A stretch of DNA of 63,755 nucleotides, the filler included, from Choristocarpus tenellus KU-1152 (taxonomy: Eukaryota; Protista; Phaeophyceae): assembly GCA_964200185.2 (NCBI GenBank). It is 12 parts of 12 records of this genome, joined end to end, with 100 filler letters (N's around TTAATTAATTAA, not from the genome) between each part and the next. Parts side by side here need not be neighbours in the genome. Positions count along the whole stretch, not along the records: positions 1 to 7,592 come from CAXNAD020005911.1; positions 7,693 to 10,278 come from CAXNAD020026523.1; positions 10,379 to 15,712 come from CAXNAD020011115.1; 9 more parts are not named here. One strand, given 5' to 3'. Below are positions 1 through 12,198 of this stretch, piece by piece. The notes under the pieces were generated by a model. The model was not told the origin of the DNA. It saw only the letters and a program-made list of their open reading frames with translations, and ran no database searches. Numbering within the stretch: the stretch's first letter is position 1; each line of letters begins with the position of its first letter. Made by a program: the position numbers and the translations under genes.

Positions 1-88
1 GATGGATACTGTAAGTGCACTTTTCCCAGTTATGGTCCAAATGGACACCCTGGTGTTGACCTCCCCCACCCGCCAGATACTTTGGATC
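1..88 (-). mobile_element. MITE family A, partial (window edge)
   Basis: Reverse complement of the family A left half, ending CCAGATACTTTGGATC; contains CCAAATGGACACCCTGGTG as in other copies. Confidence 0.85.
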
Positions 89-1824
89 TTGAGGGACAGA
101 GGAAGTGCTTGAAAATTGTATTATTTTTGCTTCAAACAACAGGGTAGGCATTGCTCAGATATAGACAATGGGAAGGATGCATTAGCACCTCAGTTTTTGG
201 CTCAAATATACCAAAATCGTTCATTCTATCTATGGCATGTATAATGCATTAGAAAGTTGTTGACTGAAGAGGGAAAGATTGTACAACTATACTTAAGTAC
301 GACGCTTTAATTTCTTGATTGATAAATGTAGAGTTGGTTGACATGACGTGAGTGCATAGATCTTACCTGCTTGTATTTGTGTATGTGTGATAGGTAGACC
401 CCAGGTTTTACGTTTTGATATGAAGCCCATTAATCACAGGGAAATGAGATCGACATCATGTTTGCGTGGTGTTAGTACGGCATTTGGCTGTTTGCGGACT
501 GGCGGTGTACAAGGTCAGCTTCCATGTAATGGCTAAGTTGTAGCAAACAAATGTATTGCTACTACTAGTATATAATGAAACGAAATAGACTGATCTACAA
601 AAATGATAATAATACATGTGTGCTGTAGGACAAAGGATATTGGTAACAGCATTCGGAGGGTAATGGATGTTCAAGGTCTTCTATAATAATTTTAATGCAC
701 AGCAATGAATTGTTTGTAGAGTACATTCAAGTTCTAGAGAGTGCTTGTTATTGTATTGGCATTTTTATTATTGATTATTTAATTTGGTGGGACATATTTT
801 ATGGGGAGGTTTTGAAACATGGATAAAGTTTGTGTGTGTGTGCTTTTTTTTTCTCCTTTCTGAGTCTATGTTCATACTCTAAATCTAAAATAAATAATAA
901 GCTTTTGGTGGTTCTGGCAGGTAAAGTTGGATTGTTCTACAGTACACAAGCGCTAAACCAAGCCGTTTATTCTTACCATATTGTGAGCAACCTAATCATA
1001 CTTTTCTATATTTTACACCAGAGTTTAAACATAAAAACCTGATTATTTTGTTTATGCGATGTAAGGCAGGTGTGTTCAATTTGTTCTGAATGTATTTTAC
1101 AAAGAGTATTGGTTATTTCGACCCTCCCTGACGGTGTAAAGTAGTAGGTGTGTAATCAGTAAGCTGAGAAATGCTTGAATTCTTACAGTGGGTTGGTCTA
1201 AGCATTGTAGTGGCGACCAGTGATTGGTACACTCAGCATATATAGTAAGAGAAAGGGGGGATGAGTACCTTGGAGTACTCCATATTAGGATTAGGGTTTG
1301 GATTTAGATATTTTCTACAGTCATCTAAGTCAAGTACCTCTATTCAACGTTTGACTTCTCAAATATTCAGCGCACACTCACCCTTGAACATTTCCCCATA
1401 CCTAGTGCTGTGAATCGGTACAGTTCAATAGAATCGAAGAAAATCAACATAAAATATCGATTGCCGATTTTCTTGTGCTGTGCACTCTAGTAATATTTCC
1501 TCGCAGTGCCAAGCGTGTTTGCTCAATCATATTCCAATAGAGTAGATTGAATGTCTACGATTCGATACAGTTCATACCCATGAAATGATTGTTTCACGTA
1601 ACACCATAGGGTGAAGATTGAAATTAGATTAAGGATGGCAAACTAAGGATTGCATCTCTGAAGAACAGTACATTTAGTTGCAGGATAATCTACCCTGTGC
1701 CTTACTCTGTTGAGTTTGACCGTACATTGGCATGGCAAGGAATCCTACAAAGTCGTCATGCTCACTCTTCTCTCCATTCTTCCTCCCCCCCTCCCCCCAA
1801 ACTGTTCTCCCTTTGGAATCTCAG

Positions 1825-2008
1825 AACATCTGATTGCCGCAATGACCACGCAGAAATTGGCAATTTGACGAGTGAACCTGTGGAAGTTTCTTCTCTAGCA
1901 GGCGTTTTTATAGTGAACATCTTCTTGGTTTTGGTTTCGTTGTACCTGCACTTTATGTGGAAGCATCGAAGAGACCAGAGGAACTCCAATCAAATGTTAT
2001 GGTTTCTG
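1825..2008 (+). CDS. Putative exon encoding one TM helix, resembling the ionotropic glutamate receptor-like (GLR) M4 region
   Basis: tctcag acceptor and ctg|gtagg donor. Peptide SDCRNDHAEIGNLTSEPVEVSSLAGVFIVNIFLVLVSLYLHFMWKHRR has Cys, a spacer, an 'xxAGVF' TM helix and a basic stop-transfer, like iGluR C...LSNVAGVFYIL. Resemblance judged by eye only. Confidence 0.4.
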
Positions 2009-2349
2009 GTAGGTTTTGCATAGTATTGGAAAACATTTCCCTTGATGTCATATTTGTTGCACGCACTTCCCTTTTCTTTTTGTTTCGTTTGCAGGACTAG
2101 TGGCATTGAAGCACAACTATATGTATGATGAGTTGGATGGGATTTGCTATGTATTGATCGGCCCCGAGTCTACTGCTATTTTCTGTTTATTGTATATTTA
2201 ATGTCGAGGTAGCACAGCTTGGGTGCCAACATGGAAGATAGCTTGGCAGGTAGTTTAGATAGCACAACACAGTCAAATTGGAGGGTGAAAATATAAAGAA
2301 CCCCTTGTATTGTTTAGGCTTTGCTTGCGTTCCTAAGAACCAGTATATT

Positions 2350-2608
2350 GAGCCAAAGTATCTTAGAGGGTACGGCGCGTCCATTTGGGGGCCAAAAACT
2401 CCAATGTTGCGATTTTTATATAATTTTGTCTATCATATTAATTTTAGAGTTTCAATATCCTTGTTCCGGGCACACCTTTTCATAACGTATATATTTGACC
2501 TACCCCGATACATTTTGGAGTAGGAAAATGTCATAAAAAAAGCACGGGAAGCCAAGTCCCAAACGGACAAACAGGGCAAAATTCGTACCCTTTAAGATAA
2601 TTTCACTC
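2350..2608 (-). mobile_element. MITE family B, complete, TSD TATT
   Basis: Ends GAGCCAAAGTATCTTAGAGGGTAC ... GTACCCTTTAAGATAATTTCACTC; TATT at 2346-2349 and 2609-2612. Confidence 0.92.
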
Positions 2609-3451
2609 TATTGACTGAGGGGGGATTGCTTAATGTACAATTCTGCCAAGCCCGTATGTGTGTGTGTGTGTGCTTGGCTGAAACTTGTCGATATGTATAT
2701 TAATAGCTGCCATCACCTCGTATTCCAAACACTGTAAGAATGTCAGTTTTGAGACATGCCAGCAGTAAGATTCAGGGGAAGGGAACAGGGTGTGAACAGG
2801 AGATAAATCCACATTTTCTGCAACTCCTCGTCTAGAGCACGCCCCATCTCAATACCACTCTATTCGTTAGAGTACCATTTGACCCCCCACACCACTCCCC
2901 TGTGTGTTGGTGCTGTACTCTGACCCTTGAATCTGTTTCCATATGGTTCGATAAGGGATAAAGGAAGACAGTACCTGTCGCAAGCTCCTGTGCCACACTG
3001 AATAATCGCGATTCAATTTTCTCGTCACACCATGTTCGTTCCTCCTCCAGCTCCGGCAAAGATAAGGCCTCAGGGTGGGAGAGGGATGAGGCTTCAAGGA
3101 GGTACGAGTGTGCACCGTGTACTGTGCTATTAGTGGAGTACTAAAAAAGTAACGTGTGTGTTAATGAGATGAGAACAAAGGGCTGATAGATGAGACGTGT
3201 GCATTTGCATTTGATTTGGGGTTCTTGCGTTTTTTGTTGAAATGGATGTTTGTGTAGTTTGGTAAGAATGAATATTATCGTAGGACCTGCACTGAAGCTG
3301 CGTTTTCTTTCATATGTTAGTAAAGGATTATACTCTATGGTGAGGGTTGAGTCCTGAATGGGGAGTTGCTAATCCAAGAGACCTTTACATAATCCCTACG
3401 GTTTCTTTTTCAAGTTCTCAGCACTCTCACAACTTCAACTACTTAGTGTAG

Positions 3452-3844
3452 AACTTCTCTACCCTGAACCTTGTATTGGTCTATGAACGATCCCTCTCGT
3501 ACAGTGTTGACAATACCGCCAGCCTGGGAAAAGAAGGCATTATTGATAAGGAGAGGTATTGCGACAGTAGTGATGAAAGCAGCAGGAGAACTAGTTGTAC
3601 CACCATCAACAATGAGATATCTAAGAACTCCTATGAGAAAGGTTTAAATGTGCATCACGCAAGGAGCAAAAGTCACACTTGCACAAATGATGGGACTGGT
3701 AGCAACATCAGCGCAGAGAGCGAAGTAGAGAAAGAGATGGAGGTAGAAGACAAAAAGAGCAGGGAGGTTGTGGGAAGTGAGGTGGGTGGGGAGGAGGAGA
3801 CTAAGGAGAAAAATAGGAGAAACAGAACAGGGATTACTGATTAA
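3452..3844 (+). CDS. Putative low-complexity S/E/K-rich exon, possibly the cytoplasmic tail of the 1825-2008 gene
   Basis: tgtag acceptor, phase-0 compatible with the donor at 2008; open frame of about 130 codons with disordered composition. Confidence 0.35.
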   Translation, partial: NFSTLNLVLVYERSLSYSVDNTASLGKEGIIDKERYCDSSDESSRRTSCTTINNEISKNSYEKGLNVHHARSKSHTCTNDGTGSNISAESEVEKEMEVEDKKSREVVGSEVGGEEETKEKNRRNRTGITD

Positions 3845-5428
3845 TCAGTGACAACGAGTCAGGTCTCTGTATTGGACAGTTCTTTGGACGTATTCAGCCA
3901 CCATTGCCAGCTTTCTGATGGGACAGATCCCCCACGACGAAGCCTATCCCTTCCCATGAGAGCATATACTACAGATTTGACCAATGAAGGGGATGCAGCA
4001 AAGAGTTATTCGGATGAAGAGATTGATCAGGAAGTGTTCCTGACAGCATCTGCCCAGTTCTGTGGGAAGCATAATGAAATCAAGAGCTGGGAGTGGTCTC
4101 AGTCATGAATCGATCCTGGATTACCTGTGACTCACGGCACCCCCTCTTGTTGGTCTTGTGTGCTCAACATGTGTTTGTTTTTGTTGTCACCTTGTTGGCG
4201 TTTTTGGTGGTGGGAAAAATGGTTGGTCTTGTGTATGTGATTTGTGATGTACAGGTGTTTGTGTTAAAGGGGGGGTGAAAATCCTTATTTTTTTGTCCTT
4301 CCTCACACAACTCTTTGCCTCATACCTCTCTACGTTTTCTATAATTACGGTTCAGGCATATCCAGCTGGGGTTTGCTTGTGGCACGTTAAAGTATGCAGT
4401 ATTGAATGTGCAAGTGTTCTTAGGGTTTACGCCCACTTGGATTTATCTGCTGTTCCATTGGAGCAAGTTCAAAAGTGCTTATTCCTCTGTGTAGTTTTCG
4501 AATGAATACAGGGTATATTTTATAACAATCGTTTGCCTGTGGTGGATTGGATTGTTTGAAGTTGCGGCATAATTACCAGTCTCTATTCTATATGCTGGTA
4601 TATTATACTTGTTTCATGTACTCCTTTTCGTAGGATATTGCCCCTTGATACTCTGGGAACACTACATGATTGCGCCTTGTTCTAGTGCAGTTTGCTTGTT
4701 GTAGCGGTACCTGGACATTCATTGGTCTACTACTTCTATTATGTGGTGTGCTTTGAAGTACTACTTTCTAGTAGACAGGTAGGATGTGTAGCACCTGATT
4801 TTTTTTTATCAAAAGGTACACCCATGAAGATATACATAAATACCTCTTCCATTGAAATAAATGTAACATAAATTTTGCAGCCCCAATGAAGAAGTAAGTT
4901 CTTTTTTGCACATGTTCATATTTTATCGGTGTATTGTACAGACACAAAAAAGGTTGCCGACCTAAATCTCAAGCAAAACGGGGCAGCCTACACCTATCCA
5001 TGATTCTGTTCCCAAAGCCCTCCAACACTCAAGGGAAGCATGGTATTTTGTCACATCCACCACAGCATTCAGGTGGAGCTTGCCCACCTTTTCAGCCTTT
5101 TCCTTGCTAAGATGGAGAATTTTGAAGATGTTGTCACCCTTAGACCCCAGTACTTCACTGCACACTACAAAGAAGAGACTCCGCCATTCGTGCTCTAGTG
5201 TCTCCAGGGGGTACAAATCGAACGCCTCCATTGTGGCCTCCACTAGCTCCTCTCTATTGGTCACCGCACGTCCTGGATGAAATGAAAGAATCCCAGGTCG
5301 ATGATGTTGAGGTCAGGAGAGTTGACTGACTGGGTTTCTATGACAATTTTGTCCCTTGCTGCCTCCTTGATGTTCCCCATAATCCCCTACTTGTGCTGCT
5401 TTGCCCCATCCTGTTGCACAAAGATAAT

Positions 5429-5602
5429 GCCTCAAAGTATCTGGGAGGGGTGGCGGTTGTCCATTCGGGGCCCAATTTTCGATGTCGCTGTTCTTGGGTG
5501 ATTTGGTTGCATTTGTCAGATAGATAAAGTGCACTTTTCCTGGTCAGGACCTGAATGGACACCCTGGTGTAGACCCCCACCCCACTCCAGATACTTTGAG
5601 CC
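5429..5602 (-). mobile_element. MITE family A inserted in the mariner catalytic domain
   Basis: GCCTCAAAGTATCTGGG ... CCAGATACTTTGAGCC terminal inverted repeats; full internal homology to other A copies. Confidence 0.92.
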
Positions 5603-5603
5603 T

Positions 5604-5859
5604 GAGTGAAAGTATCTTAGAGGGTACGAGTTTTGCTCTGTTTGTCCATTTGGCTTCCCATGATTTTTTTTATTACATTTTGCTACTCCAAAATGTTTAG
5701 GAGTACAGATAAAATGTGTACGTTATGAAAAGGTGTGTCCGAAACATAGATATTGAAACTTCCTAACAAACACGATAGCCAAAATTACATCAAAATCGCA
5801 ACATTGGATTTTGAACCCCACAAATGGACGTGGCTCTACCCTCTAATATACTTTGGCTC
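5604..5859 (+). mobile_element. MITE family B inserted at the terminus of the A copy, TSD GCCT
   Basis: GAGTGAAAGTATCTTAGAGGGTAC ... TACCCTCTAATATACTTTGGCTC; GCCT at 5600-5603 and 5860-5863. Confidence 0.92.
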
Positions 5860-7553
5860 GCCTGGTGTGTCCTTCCGGCCTAAGCATGTGGGCTTTGATT
5901 GCCGTGATGACACCTTCAATTATGAGGTTCTTAAACCTCTCCCAGTCCTTCGTGACTGGCACAAGCACCTAGGTGCCCATGGGGTGGTTTTTGCTGGAGT
6001 TCTGAGCGACCTTAGTGTCCACGATTGGTCAGATCCCGACTTTGCCCATCAAACCACACCCCATCGAAGAGCTTCGTAGGGCGGGCAACAGCTGCAAGGA
6101 ACATCACCGTGATGTAACGCTTATTCTGTGCCCGTGAGGGTTCCGGGGGATCCTCAATAGGGTACAGGTACACACCTTATCCATCTTTGAGGATGTAAAA
6201 CTACTTCTCGTCCACATGCACCCAGGCATACAAAAGATAATCAACAAATACCGCACATATATGTCACACTCTTTTGCTGCTTCGGCCGAAACCCCAATCA
6301 TCGGGCAGAAACTGGAACTATATCACCACGAGAGAATGTCCATGCAGGAAGAGGTATCAAGCCAAACTTCACTGTTATAATGAGAGGTTAACTGTGTACT
6401 AGCAGCCCTTACGCCAATGCTTCAACCTGTTTTAACACAGAGCTCCTCGCCTGCTGTCTGTGATGCCTTAAATACCCAACCTTCCTCCATTCCCAGGAAA
6501 CACGGTACCTCGTTCATTCCAAAAAAGCAACGCATCAAAACCCGTTCGACAAGTCACATCCGTTCCCCAGCCCGTACTTCTATCCCCATTTGCTCTAGCC
6601 ACAGACCAGGTGGACGATAGAAGTCGGCACCATCCTGGCAAAGGCTTACGTCCATCATCTGCCTCCCAGGATGAAGTCAATACATCGCTAAAGGCACACC
6701 AAGTTTGCTTGCATCATGCCTATGGTCAAGACTGCTTCACCTCCATAACTGACAAGTGCAGGTATACACAAGACGACTCGGTAGTTCCCAGGGGAATCCT
6801 CTATGAACCTTTCGAGAACCCACCAAGGATCTCTGGGTGCTCAATCCACTACAGAGTCGCGTACAGTGGTAGCCGTAACAAATACATGTCTCCAATACCT
6901 AGCAGCGATGCAAGACTCAAATCTCCCTCCATTATTCGCAAGAAGTCCAACCGATTTGGACACTGCAGAGTCGTCTTGAAATTGTGCCATGGAGTCTGAG
7001 GCTCCAGGGACCCATGCCATTCCAACTACAAACGTCAAGACTTTCATTCCCACCTCGATAATATTCGCCATGACACCAGCCCATTGTACTAGTGAAGTAT
7101 GAATATCTTCCCTGCTATGGCATCCATGCAGATTCCACTCGAGAGTGCCTGTTCAGATACTCCTTGAACACATGTGTAGGAGGGGGAATTATGTCTCATC
7201 TTTTTTTGTTCTATTTTTTGTTTTTTGACCAGCACTGCTCGTTGGGGGTGTGAAAATTGCTCATCACAGGTCAACATAGCAGGCCAAGGTACCTTACATG
7301 CAGTAAACCTCAGAGGGTGCAATATTCCACCAATGCAGGTATTGGGGTCATGCAAACTTCCAATAGCGTTTCCCCCAGATGATAAAGTGCGCAATGTGGC
7401 ATTTAGGATAGTGGTGGGGCTACCTTAAGAATTTATTTTAGGAGAAACATTTTGTAGACAACACCAGAGCATGCAGCCATTTAGAAACGGTCATGGCTTC
7501 CAACCATCCCCACAGTCACCATGGGTACCTTCTGTCAGGATTCCAACACTCAG

Positions 7554-7592
7554 GACCCAAAGTATCTGGGGGGGTGGGGGGGGCCTACACGA
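7554..7592 (+). mobile_element. MITE family A left end, truncated by contig end
   Basis: GACCCAAAGTATCTGGGGGG...CCTACAC. Confidence 0.8.
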
Positions 7593-7692
7593 NNNNNNNN
7601 NNNNNNNNNNNNNNNNNNNNNNNNNNNNNNNNNNNNTTAATTAATTAANNNNNNNNNNNNNNNNNNNNNNNNNNNNNNNNNNNNNNNNNNNN
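7593..7692. other. Artificial contig linker
   Basis: N44-TTAATTAATTAA-N44 (stops in all six frames). Confidence 0.98.
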
Positions 7693-8989
7693 CCCAGATG
7701 CTTAGAGCCCAACGCCATCACCTGCCTTTGATATGGTTGGAGTGCTAAAGGCTCTCATCACTGATCCTAGCTGCACACCACAATAAGATCAAGGATATAC
7801 AAGTCTTGTTTGTTTTTTTCCAAACAATGTCTGGTGGCTCTCTCCCTGTATGCTCTGGATGGTGCTGGTCACCCCACCATGCCACCATGACTACCAAATC
7901 CCACCATGCAAAGGGTGGACAACGCATCTTTGTGGGCGCTTGAGAGGATCATAGTGGTGGCAGACTTGACTGAGGTGATCGGGTTCTTCTTCAAAGGGGC
8001 ATCTGAATGTATGTCTCTTCACTTGGAGACACTCCAGCAGATCCTGGCTCAGAAGCCAACAAGTGCAGGAGGTTTAGATACGACTTTATCTAATCCACTG
8101 ACAACGTAGGACAGCATGTCGGGGGTTTTTTTTATAGGATCATTATCAGCACACCCACCTAGCAAGTCAGGGATTAGTAGTAAGGCGTTTGCAGCGGCCC
8201 TCTGCTCCAGCTCTATCATACCGGCTCTATTAGCATCGACCCACATGATCAATCATTCCTGTAGGAGTCCCCTCCGAGGACATTACTGCAATTGTTGGCC
8301 TCTCCAGTGCAAGCTTTGCAAGTTCACAATGTCACACTTGTAGCATACATGTAATGGAGTAAGAGAAGTTTGTCCTGTTGCCAGCCAACTATTTGGTTGT
8401 ATGTGGACCATGGTGTGGGACTCTCTTTCGTGTCAGGCCCATAATGTGGACGGTGAGGGAGGGTAGGGAAGTGTGTGCAAATATGTAACTAGAGAGGGTC
8501 ATATTTGCAATCTCTTTTGGTGTATAGTTATTTGTGTGTGTGTGTGTGTGTTTGTGTGTAGGTTGTTTTATCTCTTAGGTGTATTGTTGTGTTCCCACCT
8601 CTGTCGTCCTGGTCTCAAAAACTCGCCATTACTTGTAAGTGAATATCATCGAACTTTCTTCTTTTTGTAAGCTACCATCGGGTCTCGCCATCTCCAATTT
8701 TTCCTCCGAGGCTCTCTTGTATCATAGTGCAGTGCTGAGGCCAGCCATACCAAGAACAACTCATCCATTCGCTAACATCAACACCAGGAGACCAGAGTCT
8801 GATTTGCTGTTTGAAACTGTAAATCTCTCCCCTACCCCCCTAACCCCTTTCGATGGTTGTTCCATGGGTTGACGATTCTTGCTCAAACCGCCTCCTTCGT
8901 ACGCTTGTCAAGGCTCACATTATCACAGTACACGATTGTCTGATACTTCTGCTCAGTGTTTTTTCTTGTTTTGCATGGTGTCAAACTCT

Positions 8990-9237
8990 GAGTGAAAATG
9001 TCCTAGAGGGTACACGAGTTTTGTCCTGTTTGTCCGTGGGTTTTTTTTAGTGACATTTTTCTACTCCAAAATGTGTCGGAGTAGTAGGTAAAATGTGTAC
9101 GTTACGAAAAGGTGTGCCCGTACAAGGATATTGACACTTCCTAACCAACACAATAGCCAAAATTACATCAAAATCGCAACATTGGATTTTGGACCCCAAA
9201 CGGACGCGGCTTTACCCTCCAAGATACTTTATGACTC
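8990..9237 (+). mobile_element. MITE family B, near-complete
   Basis: GAGTGAAAATGTCCTAGAGGGTAC ... ACCCTCCAAGATACTTTATGACTC; flanks CTCT/GTCT (3 of 4 match). Confidence 0.9.
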
Positions 9238-10041
9238 GTCTGTTTCCTGCCAATGTGTGTTCTGCCATGCAGGCACAAGTAAGGAAGATGCAAGGACACG
9301 GTACGTGGCGGAAGTGGAGCGCCATCTGGCTGTCCAGAGCTGAATGTGCTTTCTATAAGCCTTGCGTTCTGTCTCTGTAGTAGTCCTAGTCCTCGGGAAT
9401 CCTGTTCTCATTTCTTGTGTTCAATTCTGGGCTACCAATGGAGCTTCTTGGACTCGTGGTACTCCCCATTGCTTTGCTTTTAACGCTTTGGAAATAGGCA
9501 TATGCTATCATGGTACTGAACAACTCTTCATCGGTGGCCCATCCTTGATGTAGCTTGGCACGGGTATTACAGGGCTGCAGCATCGGAGTTTGTGTCCACT
9601 CTTTTGATGTTAGGCATTCGTACTTCTACTGTAGGGGTTTTTGTACTGTATTTGCTTCAGGACCATGGAGGTGATGTTTGGCACGATGAATCCCCCTTGT
9701 TCTCTCCCCTGTGTTGCGATTTTTTTGTTTTTTTCCGATTTCGATTGCGAAATGGGACTTGATAATATGTATTTTCAATCTTAGTTGGAAGATCGATCTC
9801 CAACAAAGTGAACCAAGCACTATGTATTTTAGTATCAATTGTAACTTGCCCATCCCATGTCCCGTTATGCCAATTGTGCAGTTTGTGTCCACAGGAGATG
9901 CATGTGCACCAACTCTCTTGTTTGAGGGGTACTCACTTATGCTGTGTTCCCCAGAAACACTGGGATAATAGGTCGTTCTTTGTACTTGAGAATATAAGTT
10001 ACTATAATTTCTTTTTAAATCTGTGTGCCTTGTGAACAAAG

Positions 10042-10183
10042 GAGTCAAAGTAAACGAGAGGGTCCTTCCTGGAGATGTATTTCATGGATGCTGGCAAGTA
10101 AGTGCAAAGTCCAGAATTTTTTTAAAATGTGCACAGGATATTTTACAAAATATGTCGAAAAATTCCAAATGATAGAGAAATAA
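10042..10183 (+). mobile_element. MITE family C left part, interrupted by an A element
   Basis: GAGTCAAAGTAAACGAGAGG terminus; internal similarity to 29044-29297. Confidence 0.8.
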
Positions 10184-10215
10184 GGCTCAAAGTATCTGGG
10201 GGGGGGGGGGGGGGA
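10184..10215 (-). mobile_element. MITE family A end nested in C
   Basis: GGCTCAAAGTATCT followed by poly-G; sequence degrades towards the contig end. Confidence 0.75.
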
Positions 10216-10278
10216 TGGTTAATAAGATAATGGAAAAAAGAAGACGCGCATAATATTCAAGTAAAAAAATCTAAAAAA

Positions 10279-10378
10279 NNNNNNNNNNNNNNNNNNNNNN
10301 NNNNNNNNNNNNNNNNNNNNNNTTAATTAATTAANNNNNNNNNNNNNNNNNNNNNNNNNNNNNNNNNNNNNNNNNNNN
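10279..10378. other. Artificial contig linker
   Basis: N44-TTAATTAATTAA-N44. Confidence 0.98.
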
Positions 10379-10949
10379 GCACTGATGGAACAAGGGCAAG
10401 GGGGCATGGAGGTGAGGGACTTCGAATATGTAGTGGGAACCTATTGGCTGGAGAATTTGGAACTGAGAGTTCATCGGTGTTTGCAGCTTTGGAGTATTAA
10501 CAAAAAAAATAACATGGTGTAACATTCATCCTTTGATATCATCGTAGCCCTTAACCTTGGTCAGGCGGTACCCTTGCCATAATGTTTGGTATGAGTTATG
10601 ATGTGTACTTCGGAGTACGTACACATATATCTGTATGTATGCAATTTTGTCTTTCTGTCCTATGCTGATTCCCTTACACTCCGGAATATTTGTCTGTAAT
10701 GTATCATTGACCAATTCATAATCAACAGACAAGTTTCTGGTCTTGTGATTGGGTGGTTGTACTCAACTTATCACACATAGCAGATGTGTAATGGGGTTTC
10801 AATTCAGTTGGCAGTACGGTGTGACTGTGAGAAAGAAATCAATGGCAGTATGATGGATATAGCTTACACTGACAGTAATATGCCTCATCATGCTATCATA
10901 CTAATCCATTGACCCCCCAGAGTGTGTTGGCAGCGATGTCTGGATTTTA

Positions 10950-11250
10950 TTATAGGTGGCCAGCACATTTTTGGGTCCTAGTGGAATCCCTGACCCATAC
11001 ATACCGGTAAATTTGGCTACCTTTCAAAGTATGCCATCGTGGCAAGCAAGTATTAGCACTTGAAAGTTGCATTCTGGCATCTTAGATGTTTCCAAATAGT
11101 AGCGCTGTAGAGCTCGAGGCTCACAAAACAGGGGTATCAGAAGAAGAGAAAAGTATCTGATTAAGGGTGGGGTTCCACTCTCATAGCCAAGGAAAGAATT
11201 GCCTTAAATAGATGTCGATGCCATATTATCTGCCAGCCTAAAGTTGGAAC
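10950..11250 (-). mobile_element. Possible highly decayed LTR-retrotransposon RNase H remnant
   Basis: Fragments SALQRYYLETSK...RWHTL...GPKNVLA loosely resemble Gypsy TDHxAL...RW...G..N..AD; multiple frameshifts. Confidence 0.25.
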
Positions 11251-11623
11251 ATGTGTATCTATCATATAGCAAATGCAAAAATAACCCTTGAGGGACTTAT
11301 AGTGTGGACAAAGGGTCTTAGGAAGCAGAGATATGTCATGATGTGTAGGTTTGTACGGATCATTAATGACATCACAAAATTAGTGATGATGTCATTTAGA
11401 AGTCATGCTGTCACACACCCAATAGTGTAATGAGAAGCTGATTCAAGGTTAGACCTCTGGTGTGGTAGGTGCTTGCTTCCCTAGACATCAGATATACCAA
11501 CCATGTCTCTGAGCTATTCACCCCCCTACATCCAGGTTATCTTTCCATATCTGAATGCCTTACACTGATATCCGTCTCACCCCATCCTCGCACCCCCAAC
11601 CCCTCTAACTGTTAAAACAAAAG

Positions 11624-12198
11624 CCCACGAAAGGGAGGAAACGATGGAGTGTTAGCCAAGGTGGCAAAACCAGTGATGGAGGCAGTGGTGACTCCGGAGG
11701 TAATATGTCTGGAGTATGTTCGCCATTGAAAATGAAGGAGGGGGGAGATGAACCTCTCCCTCCCGGATGCATACTGACATTTGGAGGCACCGCTCTACAA
11801 GAGGGAGGAGGGTATGCAGGAGGAGATATCTACATCCTGGAACATCCAGTGGAACTCACTGATTCCATCTCCTCCCCTGAGAACAATGCTAGTCTTGACT
11901 TCAATCCAAACGTTCAGAGAGAGATCTATCCCAAGCAGCTGGCGCAAACCAGTGATGTGGTGGGAGTGCAAGGGAAGCATTATGAGGGGATTGAGGAGGG
12001 AGAAAAAGACAGGGGGAAAGTGGGGGGGGAGGAGGTAGGAGAGCTGATGGGGTCAATGGGTTTGAGCTCGGTCAACAGTGCAAGGAAGAAGGGGAGTATC
12101 ACTGATGAATCTCTGTCTGTGCTCTCAAAAGCAAACCCTGGTTCAGGGGAGTGCGAAGGACAGGAACGGAGAAGAAACTCTAGATTCAAATTTCGAGC
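11624..12198 (+). CDS. Exon of a multi-exon gene (possible MAP3K-like kinase N-terminal region)
   Basis: ctaac branch point plus caaaag acceptor; open G/S/E-rich frame; donor gc|gtgagt (phase 2) joins exon 13202 to read RRNSRFKFRA-RVKSVLMSVR. Confidence 0.65.

Larger units (their letters stand above)
4962..6230 (-). pseudogene. Decayed Tc1/mariner (DD(x)D, plant/stramenopile mariner-like) transposase, interrupted by two MITEs
   Basis: Minus-strand motifs in order: VHVDEK*FY, KRYITVMFLAAVARP, FDG/KVGI*P, SSKNHPMGT, AIKAHM..EGHT | insertion | IFVQQDGAKQH, QSVNSPDLNIIDLGFF, EELVEATMEAF..W. Several stops and frameshifts. Confidence 0.9.

Noticed and set aside
3842-3844. Alternative genetic code (TAA reassigned)
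   Set aside because: Well-supported exons contain no in-frame stops, and the terminal exons end in standard stop codons.
5753-6079. Recurring peptides NYIKIATLDF and TQSIWG as a protein family
   Set aside because: Chance translations of non-coding MITE B and A copies; frames are not preserved among copies.
4962-6230. Mariner as the autonomous partner of MITEs A-C
   Set aside because: Mariners duplicate TA; these MITEs show 3-4 bp non-TA TSDs and inserted into the mariner itself.
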